NCBI RefSeq assembly: GCF_006345805.1
Contig: NC_043010.1
Location: forward strand, 18,786,001 to 18,850,000
Source of the DNA: Octopus sinensis
Lineage: Eukaryota
Direction: 5' to 3'
Length of the DNA stretch: 64,000 bases
Of this stretch, positions 1 to 11,384 are shown piece by piece. Each line of letters opens with the position of its first letter. The stretch's first letter is position 1. Below the pieces are notes generated by a model, which was given only the letters and a program-made list of their open reading frames with translations, ran no database searches and was not told the DNA's origin. Made by a program: the position numbers and the translations under genes.

Positions 1-1072
1 CTACTTTTGACAAATTCTAGACCTAGGCCTTCATCCTGTTTTCCAATGGTTTCTGTCACCATTAAGTTGTTGGTTCCTATATTAGCAGCAGATTTCCATC
101 GTCAGTTCAGTCTTTTAGTAAATGTTAGACATTGCAAGCTTCTTGATACTGCTACCAATATCATTACGTGCCACATAACTGCTCGGATATCCAGTCAGCC
201 TCATTATTTTGCAGGCAGCAATCACACAGTGCAACTGTTGTTATCCTCATGTATCGAAACACCACTCATCCAGTGTATAGAGACAACTCAAACACAGTAT
301 TATCAACCACATTGAGACTCAACAACTGCTGTGAGACCATGAAGACTCCCTACAGATCATTTGAAGACCTCATAGCAGGAATTCCAACACGTTGCTAGCC
401 CTTGGACTTATTCATCCATCAAATAGCAACTTGTGATTGCTACTACATTTGGTCTTGAAGAAAGCAGCAGGGGATTGGTGCCCTTGCAGGAATTATTGTA
501 CACTCAACAACGGCATCGTACAATACCTACTCAATCCCTCTCTTGCTTGATTTTTCTAGTTTTCTCTATGGAACTCGTATTTTTTTGAAAATCAATCTTG
601 TGAGAGCATACAACCAAATCCTGGTCAAACCTGCAGATATTACAAAACTAGCAATCATAACATCTTTCAGTTATTTTGAATTTCTTTGAATGTCTTTTGG
701 CCTACATAATACCACACAGACATTCCACTGTTTTATTGATACTGTAAAATGTGTGGTGTCTTTTTGTCAAAGCATTTATCAATTGTTTAGCAAATTATTC
801 TGAAGAACATGAAAAGTATTTGTTTTTCCAATGTTTGGTTGAGTCTGGCATTGTTATTAACCTCAACAGGTGTGTATACTGAGTTACATTTTTATCATTC
901 CTTGGACCCATCATCAATGAGGAGAGAATGCACCCACTCCCTGAGGAAGTAGAGTCCTTTGTGGATTTTTCAGCACTTATATCATTGAGGAATCTGCTTG
1001 AATTTCTGGTTTTGATAAATTTTTGTAGGAGTTTCATTCCTTCCTGCAAACACTCGCATCTAACATTTCCCT
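1..1072 (+). mobile_element. Decayed Ty3/Gypsy pol fragment (protease C-terminus plus reverse transcriptase)
   Basis: Frameshifted translation gives PILAADFHRQFSLLVNVRHCKLLD (protease end), LHLVLKKAAGDWCPCRNYCTLNN, KINLVRAYNQILVKPADITKL, FEFL*MSFGLHN and EFLVLINFCRSFIP. These match Gypsy RT motifs, with many stops and a destroyed YxDD. Confidence 0.9.
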
Positions 1073-1119
1073 TCCTCAATTTCAGACTGACAAGCGTTTG
1101 TAAGGAGAACAGAATTGCC

Positions 1120-1760
1120 GTTCACGTTTCCCGTTTGCATTTGCCTGTGCTGATACTTCTGCCTTTACTGTCATTTGTTGCCTCTCTCAACTGTTTGCTA
1201 TTTTTGGAATGCCATCATATGTCCACAGTGATAGAGGACCTGCGTTTATGCCAGAGGAATTGAGATCTTTCTGACTACAGCGAGGAGTAGCAACAAGTCG
1301 CACAACTCCATAGAATCCTCATTGCAATGGTCAGGTGGAGAGGCTGAATGGTACGCTTTGGAAAGCCATAACCCTATCCCTCAAATCCCATGCTTTGCCA
1401 ATCACTCATTGGGAGCAAGTACTTACAGATGCTCTGCACTCTACCAGGTCGCTGCTCTGCACAGCTACAAATGAAACTCCACACGAATGCCTGTTTTCCT
1501 CCAACTGCAAATCTACGATGGGAACAACACTCCCGGACCTGTGAACTTAAAAAGGGCTGTCAGACCATCCAAGTACGAGCCCCTGGTTGATGAAGTAGAA
1601 CTTTTAGACTGTAACCCTCCATATGCACATGTACGTTTATCTGATGGACGGGAAACAAGTGTGTCACTGAGACAGCTGGCTCCAATCCCTGAGACTTTGA
1701 TCGATCAACAAAACACACGTACTTTGAAACTACAAACTGTAGAAATCACCTGAAAGTAAT
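1120..1760 (+). mobile_element. Decayed Gypsy integrase core and C-terminus
   Basis: SRFPFAFACADTSAFTVICCLSQLFAIFGMPSYVHSDRGPAF...TSRTTP*NPHCNGQVERLNGTLWKAI (D,D35E core), then PSKYEPLVDEVELLDCNPPYAHVRLSDGRETSVSLRQLAP. Confidence 0.9.
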
Positions 1761-1972
1761 GAGGTAAACATTGAACATACTCCCCAAGACACTCCAGAGA
1801 CTGATAATATTAATCAACGTGTTGAGCAGCCAGAACAACAGACACCTCATAAACAGCATGTTTGGAAAAGAGAATCTATCAGTGACTTCAGAACCAGACC
1901 ATATAATCTACGCAGTAGAGAAGTTTGAAACATTCTGTGCCTATCCATTCAACCCCTGGACTTCTGTTTTCT

Positions 1973-2225
1973 AGTGGGGGAGAACGTTGTGAGAATGCAG
2001 TGAACTGTGTGTGTGCATGTTTATGTTGTTTGTGTTTGCATGTTTATACGAATATATATATGCTGTTCATGTATATATTTTTTATACATAACTATTTTGG
2101 CAAGCTTTTCATTGCCAAACTGCATTATGTCGCTGTTGTTAACTCATTCTCAACTTGCTGGCAAAAATTATTATTTGTCTACTGCATTTGTCAAAGAAGT
2201 TGAATAAAGCTTTATTTCCAATACA
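1973..2225 (+). mobile_element. Polypurine tract and 3' LTR of the Gypsy element
   Basis: PPT agtgggggagaa at 1973-1984, TGT start at 1988, AATAAA at 2203, ACA end at 2225. It lies directly downstream of the integrase. Confidence 0.65.
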
Positions 2226-2782
2226 GCAATTCTGTTCTCCTTACAAATGCTCGTCAGTCTGAAATTTTCCGTTCTGTATTTTCATTTCAGGGGGTGGGGT
2301 GCTCTATGTGTTCCATGTGACCAGCTTTTGTCCGGGTGAGCAAATATAACCACCCCACACATTGTTTCACTTTTTAATGACAAGATCACTAAGAGAAGTG
2401 TATTATAAGAGATATACAATGGGTTCATGACCAGGAATTGAAACTACAGTCTTCATGTTCATTTCAGTCATCAGTGGACTTTTGAAATCTATTTCTTTAA
2501 ACTGTCAAATTCACCTTAGATAAAACTGATTTTAATTTAGAAAACCAGTTGGCTTATAAGTTTAGCAGCCTAGTTTATCATGTGTATATATTTGTGATAC
2601 CTTTAAAATATATAGAAACTAACCTAGACAGAGTTGTGAGTAAATCAAGGCATAGAAACCAGCTGTCCAGAAGAGAGGAATATATTATTGAATCTAAAGA
2701 ATATTTGCAATGAGAAAAATTAATTCACAGAGAAATCATCATCATCATCATCATCATTCAACATCATCATCATCATCACCAT

Positions 2783-3130
2783 CATCATTGTTCAACGTCC
2801 GCTTTCCATGCTAGCATGGGTTGGACGATTTTGACTGCGGGCTGGCAAACCAGATGGTTGCACCAGGCCTCAATCTTGATCTGGCAGAGTTTCGACAGCT
2901 GGATGCCCTTCCTAACGCCAACCACTCCGAGAGTGTAGTGGGTGCTTTTATGTGCCACCAGCATGAGGCCAGTCAGGCGGTACTGGCAACGACCTTTCTC
3001 GAATCTTTTACACATGCCACCGGCACAGGTGCCAGTAAGGCGATGCTGTTAATGATCACACTCGAATGGTGTCTTTTATGTGCCACCAGCACAGAGGCCA
3101 GATAGCTGCTCTGGCAACAATCACACTCGG
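2783..3130 (-). mobile_element. Abundant retroposon 3' segment (family E; tail ...ccaacccatgctagcatggaaagcggacgtt-(gat)n)
   Basis: The same ~150-350 bp sequence recurs at about 11075-11345(-), 12870-13080(+), 16392-16545(+), 23460-23575(+), 24575-24948(-), 28490-28660(+), 53310-53430(+) and 59761-59813(+). It always ends in a (GAT)n tail, which fits a LINE/SINE 3' end. Confidence 0.8.
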
Positions 3131-3259
3131 ATACATTTGAAAATAATATTTGAAATTTTGAAAAGACATTCAGGGGAAAGAACTTTGTAAATAATTATGA
3201 CAGGCAACGTAATTCTGTTGATTACAATGGTGAACATAGAAACAGCACAAATCTACCAA

Positions 3260-4382
3260 ATTGAAACTTTCCAAACCATTTTTTAGATTCTGTCAAAGGA
3301 AACAACAACACCAGATGGAGCAAGCAAAACATGGGAAAGAACAACAGAACAAACACACCTGTAAAGGACTTATTTTTACACCAACTCCACAAAATACAAA
3401 TCTCAGTAAAACCAAAGATAGCATTACAAACTTTTGCCAAAAACTAAGATTTATGTCTGATAAAGACAACACCATGGAATCTTTAATCAGAAATAAAACT
3501 AAATGTCATTCACAAAAAAGGTAGGAATAGAGAACTTGATTATTTTTGTGATCATATAACTTATTTTCCATATGAATTTCTATCAAAATATAAGTTATAT
3601 TTTAATTTCAGTGTCAAAGAATAGAAGATATTAACACCTTGAAAACCTGACATAAAACTGGTAATAAAAGAAGCTGATAAATGACTACTATAACAAACCC
3701 TGGGCTATTCATGCTTCATGACAACAGCAGCAACAAAAAGAAAAAAGTTAACAACAAAATCAGCAAAATAATAATACAAAAACTTATTTTCCAAGTCAAT
3801 TTATATTTATAAAAAGACTTAACTAATAAAGAATATGATTACTTAACCAATTTAAAATGTAAAACAAGTAATTTTTATGGATTGCCAAACGTTCATAAAA
3901 GGTAATGTTATAAATTACGCTTGTAAAGAAACCTCATTTTCTTGTTTAAAGGATTTAAAACTACAACAAATAGTGGCAAAATCATTTTGTGAAACTCACT
4001 GACTGAGCAATTTCTTTGACATATCATTAAAACCATATTCAAAACATATACAAGGGTGCATAAAATATGACTTAGATATATTAAACCACCTTCTATGTAC
4101 AATGAATTAAGAAACCTTAATAGTTACTTTTCATGTAGCTAACTTGCATTCAAATATATTGCATAAACATTTTTTTGTTGTTGAATAAATGTCCTCATGA
4201 GTTATATATATATATAAGGCGCAGAAGTGGCTGTGTGGTAAGTAGCTTGTTTACCAACCACATGGTTCCGGGTTCAGTCCCACTGTGTGGCACCTTGGGC
4301 AAGTGTCTTCTACTATAGCCTCGGGCCGACCAAAGCCTTGTGAGTGGATTTGGTAGATGGAAACTGAAAGAAGCCCGTCGTA

Positions 4383-4455
<73 letters not shown>

Positions 4456-4865
4456 ATGTGTGTGTGTGTTTGTGTGTCTGTGTTTGTCCCCCTAGCATTG
4501 CTTGACAACCGATGCTGATGTGCTTATATCCCCGTTACTTAGTGGTTCGGCAAAAGAGCCCGATAGAATAAGTACTGGGCTTACAAAAGAATAAGTCCCG
4601 GGGTCGAGTTGCTCGATTAAAGGCAGTGTTCCAGCATGGCCGCAGTCAAATGACTGAAACAAGTAAAAGAGTATATATATATAAAACAAAAATTAGGAGC
4701 AGCAATGGTAACCAAAGTAACAACAACATAAGCAAATTTAGTAAAGGGATACCTTGAAATAAAAATATGTGAAAAATCCAAGCAGACATATGGAAACTAT
4801 TCTGATAATTATTTGACAGGAAATTGGAAAATGGTATCTAGATTATTGTTTTATCTTATGGGAAG
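3260..4865 (+). mobile_element. Decayed Penelope-like element reverse transcriptase, interrupted by a SINE
   Basis: Collinear motifs CKGLIFTPTP...NFCQKLRF, LVIKEADK, KTSNFYGLPNVHK, DLKLQQIVA...LSNFFDISLKP, GAAMVTK and WYLDYCFILW (4831-4862). These correspond to the PLE motifs KGLKFTPTP, IKEADKG, FYGLPKIHK, GTAMGTK and YLDDCFI. Confidence 0.85.
4217..4671 (+). mobile_element. tRNA-derived SINE with internal microsatellite (family A)
   Basis: Head with A-box-like tggctgtgtggt and B-box-like ggttcagtccc, central (TA)n(TG)n, and 3' tail aaggc..tccagcatggccgcagtcaaatgactgaaacaagtaaaagag. The same layout recurs in many copies. Confidence 0.9.
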
Positions 4866-6333
4866 TAGATGTGGAAAGACATTCTGAGAAAATAAATGGT
4901 AAAGCTGGTATCAAGTTACATATTCTGTTTAGTAGTCTTCCTTGATCAAGACACTCAGTGGATTAATTGCATTTAGGTGGGAGATTTTGTCTCCCTCAAT
5001 TAACAGTAACGAGTGTAATAAATACCCAATGAAAGAGTCTGTTTAAGTGGGAGATTGGAGAGTGCAGCTTCTTGTGTAGATAGTACAAGTATGATAGATA
5101 AAATCAAATTTATACTTTAATCACAAAAACATGATAAATGAACATTAAATACAGAACAATCTGGTTTTACATACACTGTAACTGAGATTTGGAATGGCTA
5201 TAGTTGTATAAAAATGGGAGCTGTTGGTGAACACACAGATGCTGGTCATGTAGGTGAATATACATCAGCTGTGTATAATAGTTGTAGGAAAACAGACACA
5301 GCAGGTGTTGGCAGATGTAGGGGAAGAGTCACAGTAAATGTTGGTAAACATATATTGCAAGTGTTGGTAAACAGTCACTGTGGTAGTAGAAAAGGTAACA
5401 TTAAGTGTGGAGGTGTGGTGCAGTGTACTAATATGGTGCACTGGTCCAGTGCAAGAGTGTGATATTGTAGGGGTTGTGGTGTAGGGGTGTGGCGGGTGTG
5501 TGTGTGTGTGTGGGTATGTCTGGTGTTAAATGTTGTTTCATTAATAAAATCATATATATCTCTACTACAGTGTTTGTTGTGGAATTACGTTTCATTTCAC
5601 TTCTTAACTTTCCACCACCACCACCACCACCACCACCACCACCACCACCACCACCACCACCACCACCACCACCACCACCACCACCACCACATTCACCACC
5701 ACTACTATAACAACCACAGCCATGACAACCACAGCAACCTTAACCACACACTCTACCACCATCACCGTCACAACTGTATCCTCTCCTCTTCTTTATGTAA
5801 ACACCCCTCCCCTCTGCTCTTCTTATCTTCACCTTTTAATCTTCATCATCTTACATCCCCAACATCTCCCTTCTTAATCTGTCAAGAAATTCCTCCCACC
5901 AATCCTCCTTCCCTCCCACCAACCCTTACTGTAATTACTGCTGCCATATCTACAACCATCTATACCATAACACTACTATTCTTGCCCACCCCACAACACT
6001 GTCTTGATTAACATAACACCACCACCACCATCACCACCACTACCACCACCACCACAAATGCCTCCCCACTGTCACCACTGTCCCCCCTCCCATCAATATC
6101 ATCATCCTCTTACATCAATCATAACATGACAAACAGACACCTGAAACTGTTCTTACTGATCGGTCAGTTCACATCAGTTTAGCCAGTCCGGCCAGATCAA
6201 TGTCTCAAATTTTAAACTGATTATCACCCACCACCACCACCACCACCTGTTTCACTGTTCCCCCACCATCTCTTGTCATTTCATTTGTGTTGGCTCCTCT
6301 CTGGATAACGTAGCAAAACTATAGGTTTTATGA

Positions 6334-6586
6334 ATGGCTGGGACATATCGACTGTCCCCTCTCAATGAAGGTGATGAGACCCTAAATTTTGCCAGTCTCT
6401 TAAGCAAGCTCCCTGGCTCTAGAGGACCCACAAGCTCAGAACTATGGGCCGTCTGTTGGCAGAGTGTGAAGATCTTAAGAGAGGTTAACAAACTTGGTGA
6501 TTTTTTCCAAACGCTTTGTATCACGCCTTCAACTCTTGCCTTTGAACTGGACACTGGTCACCTGCGGCTTCTCGATTTGTATGTAG
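6334..6586 (+). CDS. KNDC1: Exon 1, KIND1 N-terminal part
   Basis: ATG preceded by an in-frame TGA; ELWAVCWQSVKIL...LCITPSTLAF; donor G|GTGAGT, phase 1. Confidence 0.88.
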
Positions 6587-6801
6587 GTGAGTAAAACTAA
6601 TGATTCAGCTCTACAAATGTCATTGTAAGTCCATTATTTCTTGACCTTCATATCATATACAACACTGTCCGCCAATGTCCACTGTTGTTTTACTAATACC
6701 ATTGCACCATCACTCCCGCCTTAACTACCATCACAGTAACCTCATAATATAGATGTGTCAATGGAAATGTGCTTATAAGTCGGTGTGTGTGTGTGTGTGT
6801 G

Positions 6802-6838
<37 letters not shown>

Positions 6839-7319
6839 ATGTGTGTGTGTGTGTGTGTTTATGTGTGTGATAGTTTACGAAATAAGTTCATAGGAACTAA
6901 GCCTGAAAGTTCTCTACCATCACTGCGATACCACACCATACCTTGAATATATACACCATATGTTCCTTTCAGTCTCTACGAATCCCCCCCACCACCACCT
7001 TCACTGCTGCACAACACCAATCATCTCTCCATTTACTGCAGGTCTTCAAATTTACACTGCCATACATCACATCACTGATACATACACCATACTCCACTCC
7101 TTACACAAACTCTGCCTCCACTGCCATACATTATATTACACCATTGACAAGGCAGTCCTGAGGCAGGTTCAATGTGACATGCTGTCTGGCAAGGGGCTAG
7201 CCCTTTCAGCTTCAGATAAAGTCCTTCTTTCTGATAATCTGCTTCCAAACTGCTTCCCTCAGCTCAATTTTGCTCAGGTTTTGGCTGAACTGACATTAAG
7301 GTAGAGACCACTTGCTTTA

Positions 7320-7400
7320 CGCACCATGTAGCTCTATGCACCATGTAGCTCTAGGCACCATGTAGCTCTAGGCACCATATAGCTCTAGTCACCATGTAGC
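7320..7400. repeat. 17-bp minisatellite (gcaccatgtagctctag) x ~4.5
   Basis: Direct tandem copies are visible. Confidence 0.9.
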
Positions 7401-7468
7401 AGGATCAGACTGAGGACTTAGTAATTGCAAAACAAACTTCTTAATTATTTGATAGTATAGACACATAT

Positions 7469-7918
7469 AAGCGCAGGAGTGGCTATGTGGTAAGTGGCTT
7501 GCTTACCAACCACATAGTTCTGGATTCAGTCCCACTGCGTGGCACCATGGGCAAGTGTCTTCTACTATAGCCTCGGGCTGACCAAAGCATTGTGAGAGGA
7601 TTTGGTAGACGGAAACTGAAAGAAGCCCGTTGTATGTATGTATGTATGTATGTATGTATGTATGTATGTATGTATGTATGTATGTATGTGTGTGTATATG
7701 TTGGTGTGTCTGTGTTTGTCCCTCCAACATCACTTGACAACTGATGCTGGTGTGTTTACAGCCCTGTAACTTTGTGGTTTGGCAAAAGAGACTGATAGAA
7801 TAAGTACTAGGCTTGCAAAGAACAAGTCCTGGGGTCGATTTGTTCGACTAAAGGTGGTGCTCCAGCATGGTCGCACTCAAATGATTGAAACAGATCAAAG
7901 AATATAAGAGTAAAAGAA
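7469..7918 (+). mobile_element. Family A SINE with internal (TATG)n
   Basis: Full head, body and tail are homologous to 4217-4671. Confidence 0.9.
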
Positions 7919-8521
7919 TATATAATAAATACAAACATGTATGTGCATACACCACATGTAAACACACACACACATGCACACTACATGTCAAACTGCCAAA
8001 CAAACCCATGTCACTATGGAAAACAGATGTTAAACGATGATGATGATATAAATCAATGCTTGCTTTTATGTTTAGTTGCATTGGGACCCTTCCATCGAAA
8101 ACCGGTGATTGTTGTGCGCTGATGACGGGTCAATACCCAGAAACTGCAGTCTGTGCATATCACTAAGGTTGACGAGGGAAGGATGACCTCCCTTTGCAAA
8201 TACTGATAGGGCACAGAAAGTATGTCACTAGCCAGCTGGAGAAGATGTTCTCCTGGGGCTACAATCTACAGTAACATCCACCCTTAGTGGTTAGCCATAT
8301 TTAGATGGCAAATATACTTCACATTATAATATGAACAATTTTGCATTAATCTGATGGAGTGACTCAATACTTTCATGGAATACAAATTTATTATTCTTAA
8401 ACAGGAATATTATTGTCAGTGACTTTAGTCAGTTGAGCTGTCATCAGACAATCCAGCTGGCTGAAACTCTCAAGTTGCTGTCAATGATATTCTTGCTTAA
8501 GAAGATACACACACACACACA

Positions 8522-8589
<68 letters not shown>

Positions 8590-8858
8590 CAATAATAAAT
8601 CTTCGAGCGAGGTATAAACAGTAGCTGCACAAAATCGTGAAGTATATTTGCCACTTAAATGTGGCTAACCCCTAAGGGTTGATGCTACTGTAGCTTGTAG
8701 CCCCAAGAAGACATCTCCTCCAGCTGGCTGCTGACACACTATCTGTGCTCTATCAGTATTTGCAAAGGGAAGTCATCATTCCCATCTCCAGCCTGACGTG
8801 ATACACACGGACCCAAGTTTCTGGGTTTGTATGTATCATGTCCTTATTCTTTATATAT

Positions 8859-9145
8859 AAAGAATAAGGAGAAAATGAAGTGGTAAATAATAAAATTATT
8901 TATTAATTATAAAATATGACAACATCTCTGGCAGCTGTTTCAATTCAGAAATCTTTAGATAATTAATTTATAAAATTAAAATCATTATAAGATGAATCTC
9001 TTCAGAGGTAGTAAGGATATACCGATTAGAAATACATGTTGAGATAATGGCTATACACCCGTTAACAGCTGTCAGAGATGTTGTCAGATTTTATAATTAA
9101 TAAACAATTTTATTAATTACCTCTCCATTATTCTCCTTATTCTTT
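8859..9145 (-). mobile_element. Fold-back element (~80-bp inverted arms) with degenerate hammerhead core
   Basis: Arms at 8859-8940 and 9062-9145. The minus strand reads CTGAAGA gattca...tgaatt GAAAC AGCT GCC, and the other arm preserves AACAGCTGTC. Confidence 0.7.
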
Positions 9146-9339
9146 AAAAACATAAATGAACCATGATGGTTTATATGGTTACCTTATAGCTGAACTTTCT
9201 ATGGATTGGTAACTAACCAGTATTTTCATTGGGATTTATGATCCGTTAATAAGATTTATTACCTATACTTAATACTATATCTTTATTACCTATACTTAAT
9301 ACGATATCTTCACCCATTCCCTTCCGGTCATTCAAAATG

Positions 9340-9545
9340 TGACCGCGTGCATACCGTTGGCGATTTTTTTTCCTCCGTCTTCCCTTCTTTGGATCTTTCC
9401 TTTACCTATGTTTCTGACGAAGAGCTCCACTCGAAAAGTTAAACCCTCCTTCTTTCCTTCTTTCCTGAGCATCCAATAATACTATACTTGTTCCACGTCC
9501 TCGTGTTGTGTTTTCTCTTTGTGTTTTCATGTTTGGATTAACTAT
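9340..9545 (+). mobile_element. PLE pLTR-like non-coding segment with minimal hammerhead motif
   Basis: 9410-9444 reads gttt CTGACGA a gag-ctcca-ctc GAAA agt t aaac. Stem I (gttt/aaac) and stem II are present, stem III is mutated, and the segment ends in (TA)n. Confidence 0.65.
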
Positions 9546-9555
9546 ATATATATAT

Positions 9556-10390
9556 AAATTCTATAATTATGAGTATAATTATAATTAGGGTTCAGCAAAA
9601 ATTTGCTTCACCACATACTGAAATTTAGAAATAGCAGTTAAAACTAATTATTTCACTACCATAAGAAAAATCTCCAAGACAGCAATACTCAACAACTCAC
9701 GCAGGTAAAGAGAAAAAAATAACGAATCCAACCAGCTTTGATTAACTGTATACGTGTTTCGGAGTTAGAGAGATGTGAAAAATGTAAAAATCATATTTCT
9801 ACTCTCTCATTCTCCTCTTCAGTACAGTAATTCAAGATTTTAAATTTGAGAGCACTGAAAAATTAACATACTCATTTGACCAAGCGACATCAAATAACAC
9901 ATATCCAACGACCAGTACTCCCGAATTCAAACAGATGGATGAGATCTCATATTCCTCCTTACTCACCCAAGTGTGATAACGAGTAAAATTCCACAGAAAA
10001 AACTGCAGTTTACTATCAGGGAGAGAATTATACTATCAATAATAATAAAGGGTAAAATTAATTAATCAATTATTAATTAATAATTTTACCAAGTACTTTG
10101 GTATGTTAAAAGAACCATTATCGGTAAACTTATACAAAAATTCTATAATTCTGAGTATAATTATAATGAGGGATTTTTTCTTATGGTAGTGAAATAGTTA
10201 GTTTTAACTGCTATTTCTAAATTTCGGTATGTGGCGAAGCAAATTTTTGCTGAACCCTAATTATAATTATACTCATAATTATAAGATTTTTATGTATAAG
10301 TTTACTGATAATGGTTCTTTTAACATACCGAACTACTTGGTAAAATTATTAATTATTAATTAATTAATTAATTTTACCCTTTATTATTAT
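9556..10390 (-). mobile_element. Retrozyme-like element: ~582-bp unit with terminal direct repeat, inverted ~220-bp arm and hammerhead
   Basis: Block X at 9556 and 10138 (direct) and ~10256-10290 (inverted). 9556-9675 is inverted at 10171-10290, and 10038-10165 is inverted at 10260-10390. Confidence 0.75.
9745..9828 (-). ncRNA. Type I hammerhead ribozyme (core intact)
   Basis: Minus strand: ACTGTA CTGAAGA GGAG..(stem II)..CTCC GAAA C AC GT A TACAGT. Perfect 6-bp stem I, all core nucleotides conserved, GUA cleavage triplet. Confidence 0.85.
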
Positions 10391-10436
10391 TATTATATTA
10401 TTATTATTATTATATTATTATTATTATTATTATTAT

Positions 10437-10493
<57 letters not shown>

Positions 10494-11384
10494 TATATAT
10501 ACATATATATATGTATATATTAGTTTACAGGGATCATGCAGTTTGTGGTGAAGAGTTTGTTAACATCTAGTACTATGATAAATTGCATCTGTAAAGTTGT
10601 TAGAAAGGACATCCAACCATAGATACCAAGTCAAAAATGAAACCCACAAGGGGAATACAGTCTTCTGGTTCATCTAAGAGAGTAAAATAAAAAAAAGGGA
10701 TTAAAGGTTTTTTCCAAGCCATAAGCTCATAAAACCAGTTTCCCCAGATTCTGTGGTGTATATAAAACACCACTGGATAGGACACCAGTCCATTGCAAAG
10801 TTGCTCCCTTTTGCAAGCTGAGTTTGCTGGATCCATGTGAAGTGAAGAGTTTTGCTTAAGAGCATAATGCATTGCCTGGCCCAAGAATCGAAACCACAAT
10901 CTTATGAGAATGTGTCCAACAGCCTAACCATTAAGCTATTCACCTCCACATCTAAGAGAGTGGCAACTCCAAATAGGGACTGACTTAAGCTATGATAACA
11001 TGTCCAACCCATGCCAGCATAGAAAGCAAATATAAAATGACGATGATGATGATATCCCCCCCCCACCATCATCATTACTTAATGTCCACCTTCCATGCTG
11101 GCATGGGTTGGATGGTTTGACAGGAGCTGGCCAGGCAAGAACCTGCACCTGACCTCTGTGTCTGTTTTGGCAGGGTTTTTATGGTTGGATGCCCTTCCTA
11201 ACACCACCCACCCAGCAGCATGGACTGAGTGATTTTCAAGTGGCACAAGCACAGACAAGGTCAGTTTTGACAAGGGATTTACAGCTGGATGCCCTTCCTA
11301 ATGTCAACCACTTTTGGAAGGGCATCCAGTAGTAAAAACCTTGCCAAAACTGATACAGAAGTCTGGTGCGTGTGTCATCCCAAC

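Noticed and set aside
7224-7281. Possible extra exon in intron 1
   Set aside because: It would enter in phase 1 and leave in phase 2, breaking the exon 1-2 frame that already yields a continuous KIND domain.
8859-9145. Simple DNA-transposon MITE call
   Set aside because: The termini do not match a TIR superfamily I recognise, and the arm starts at a hammerhead stem III. It is kept as a fold-back element of uncertain class.
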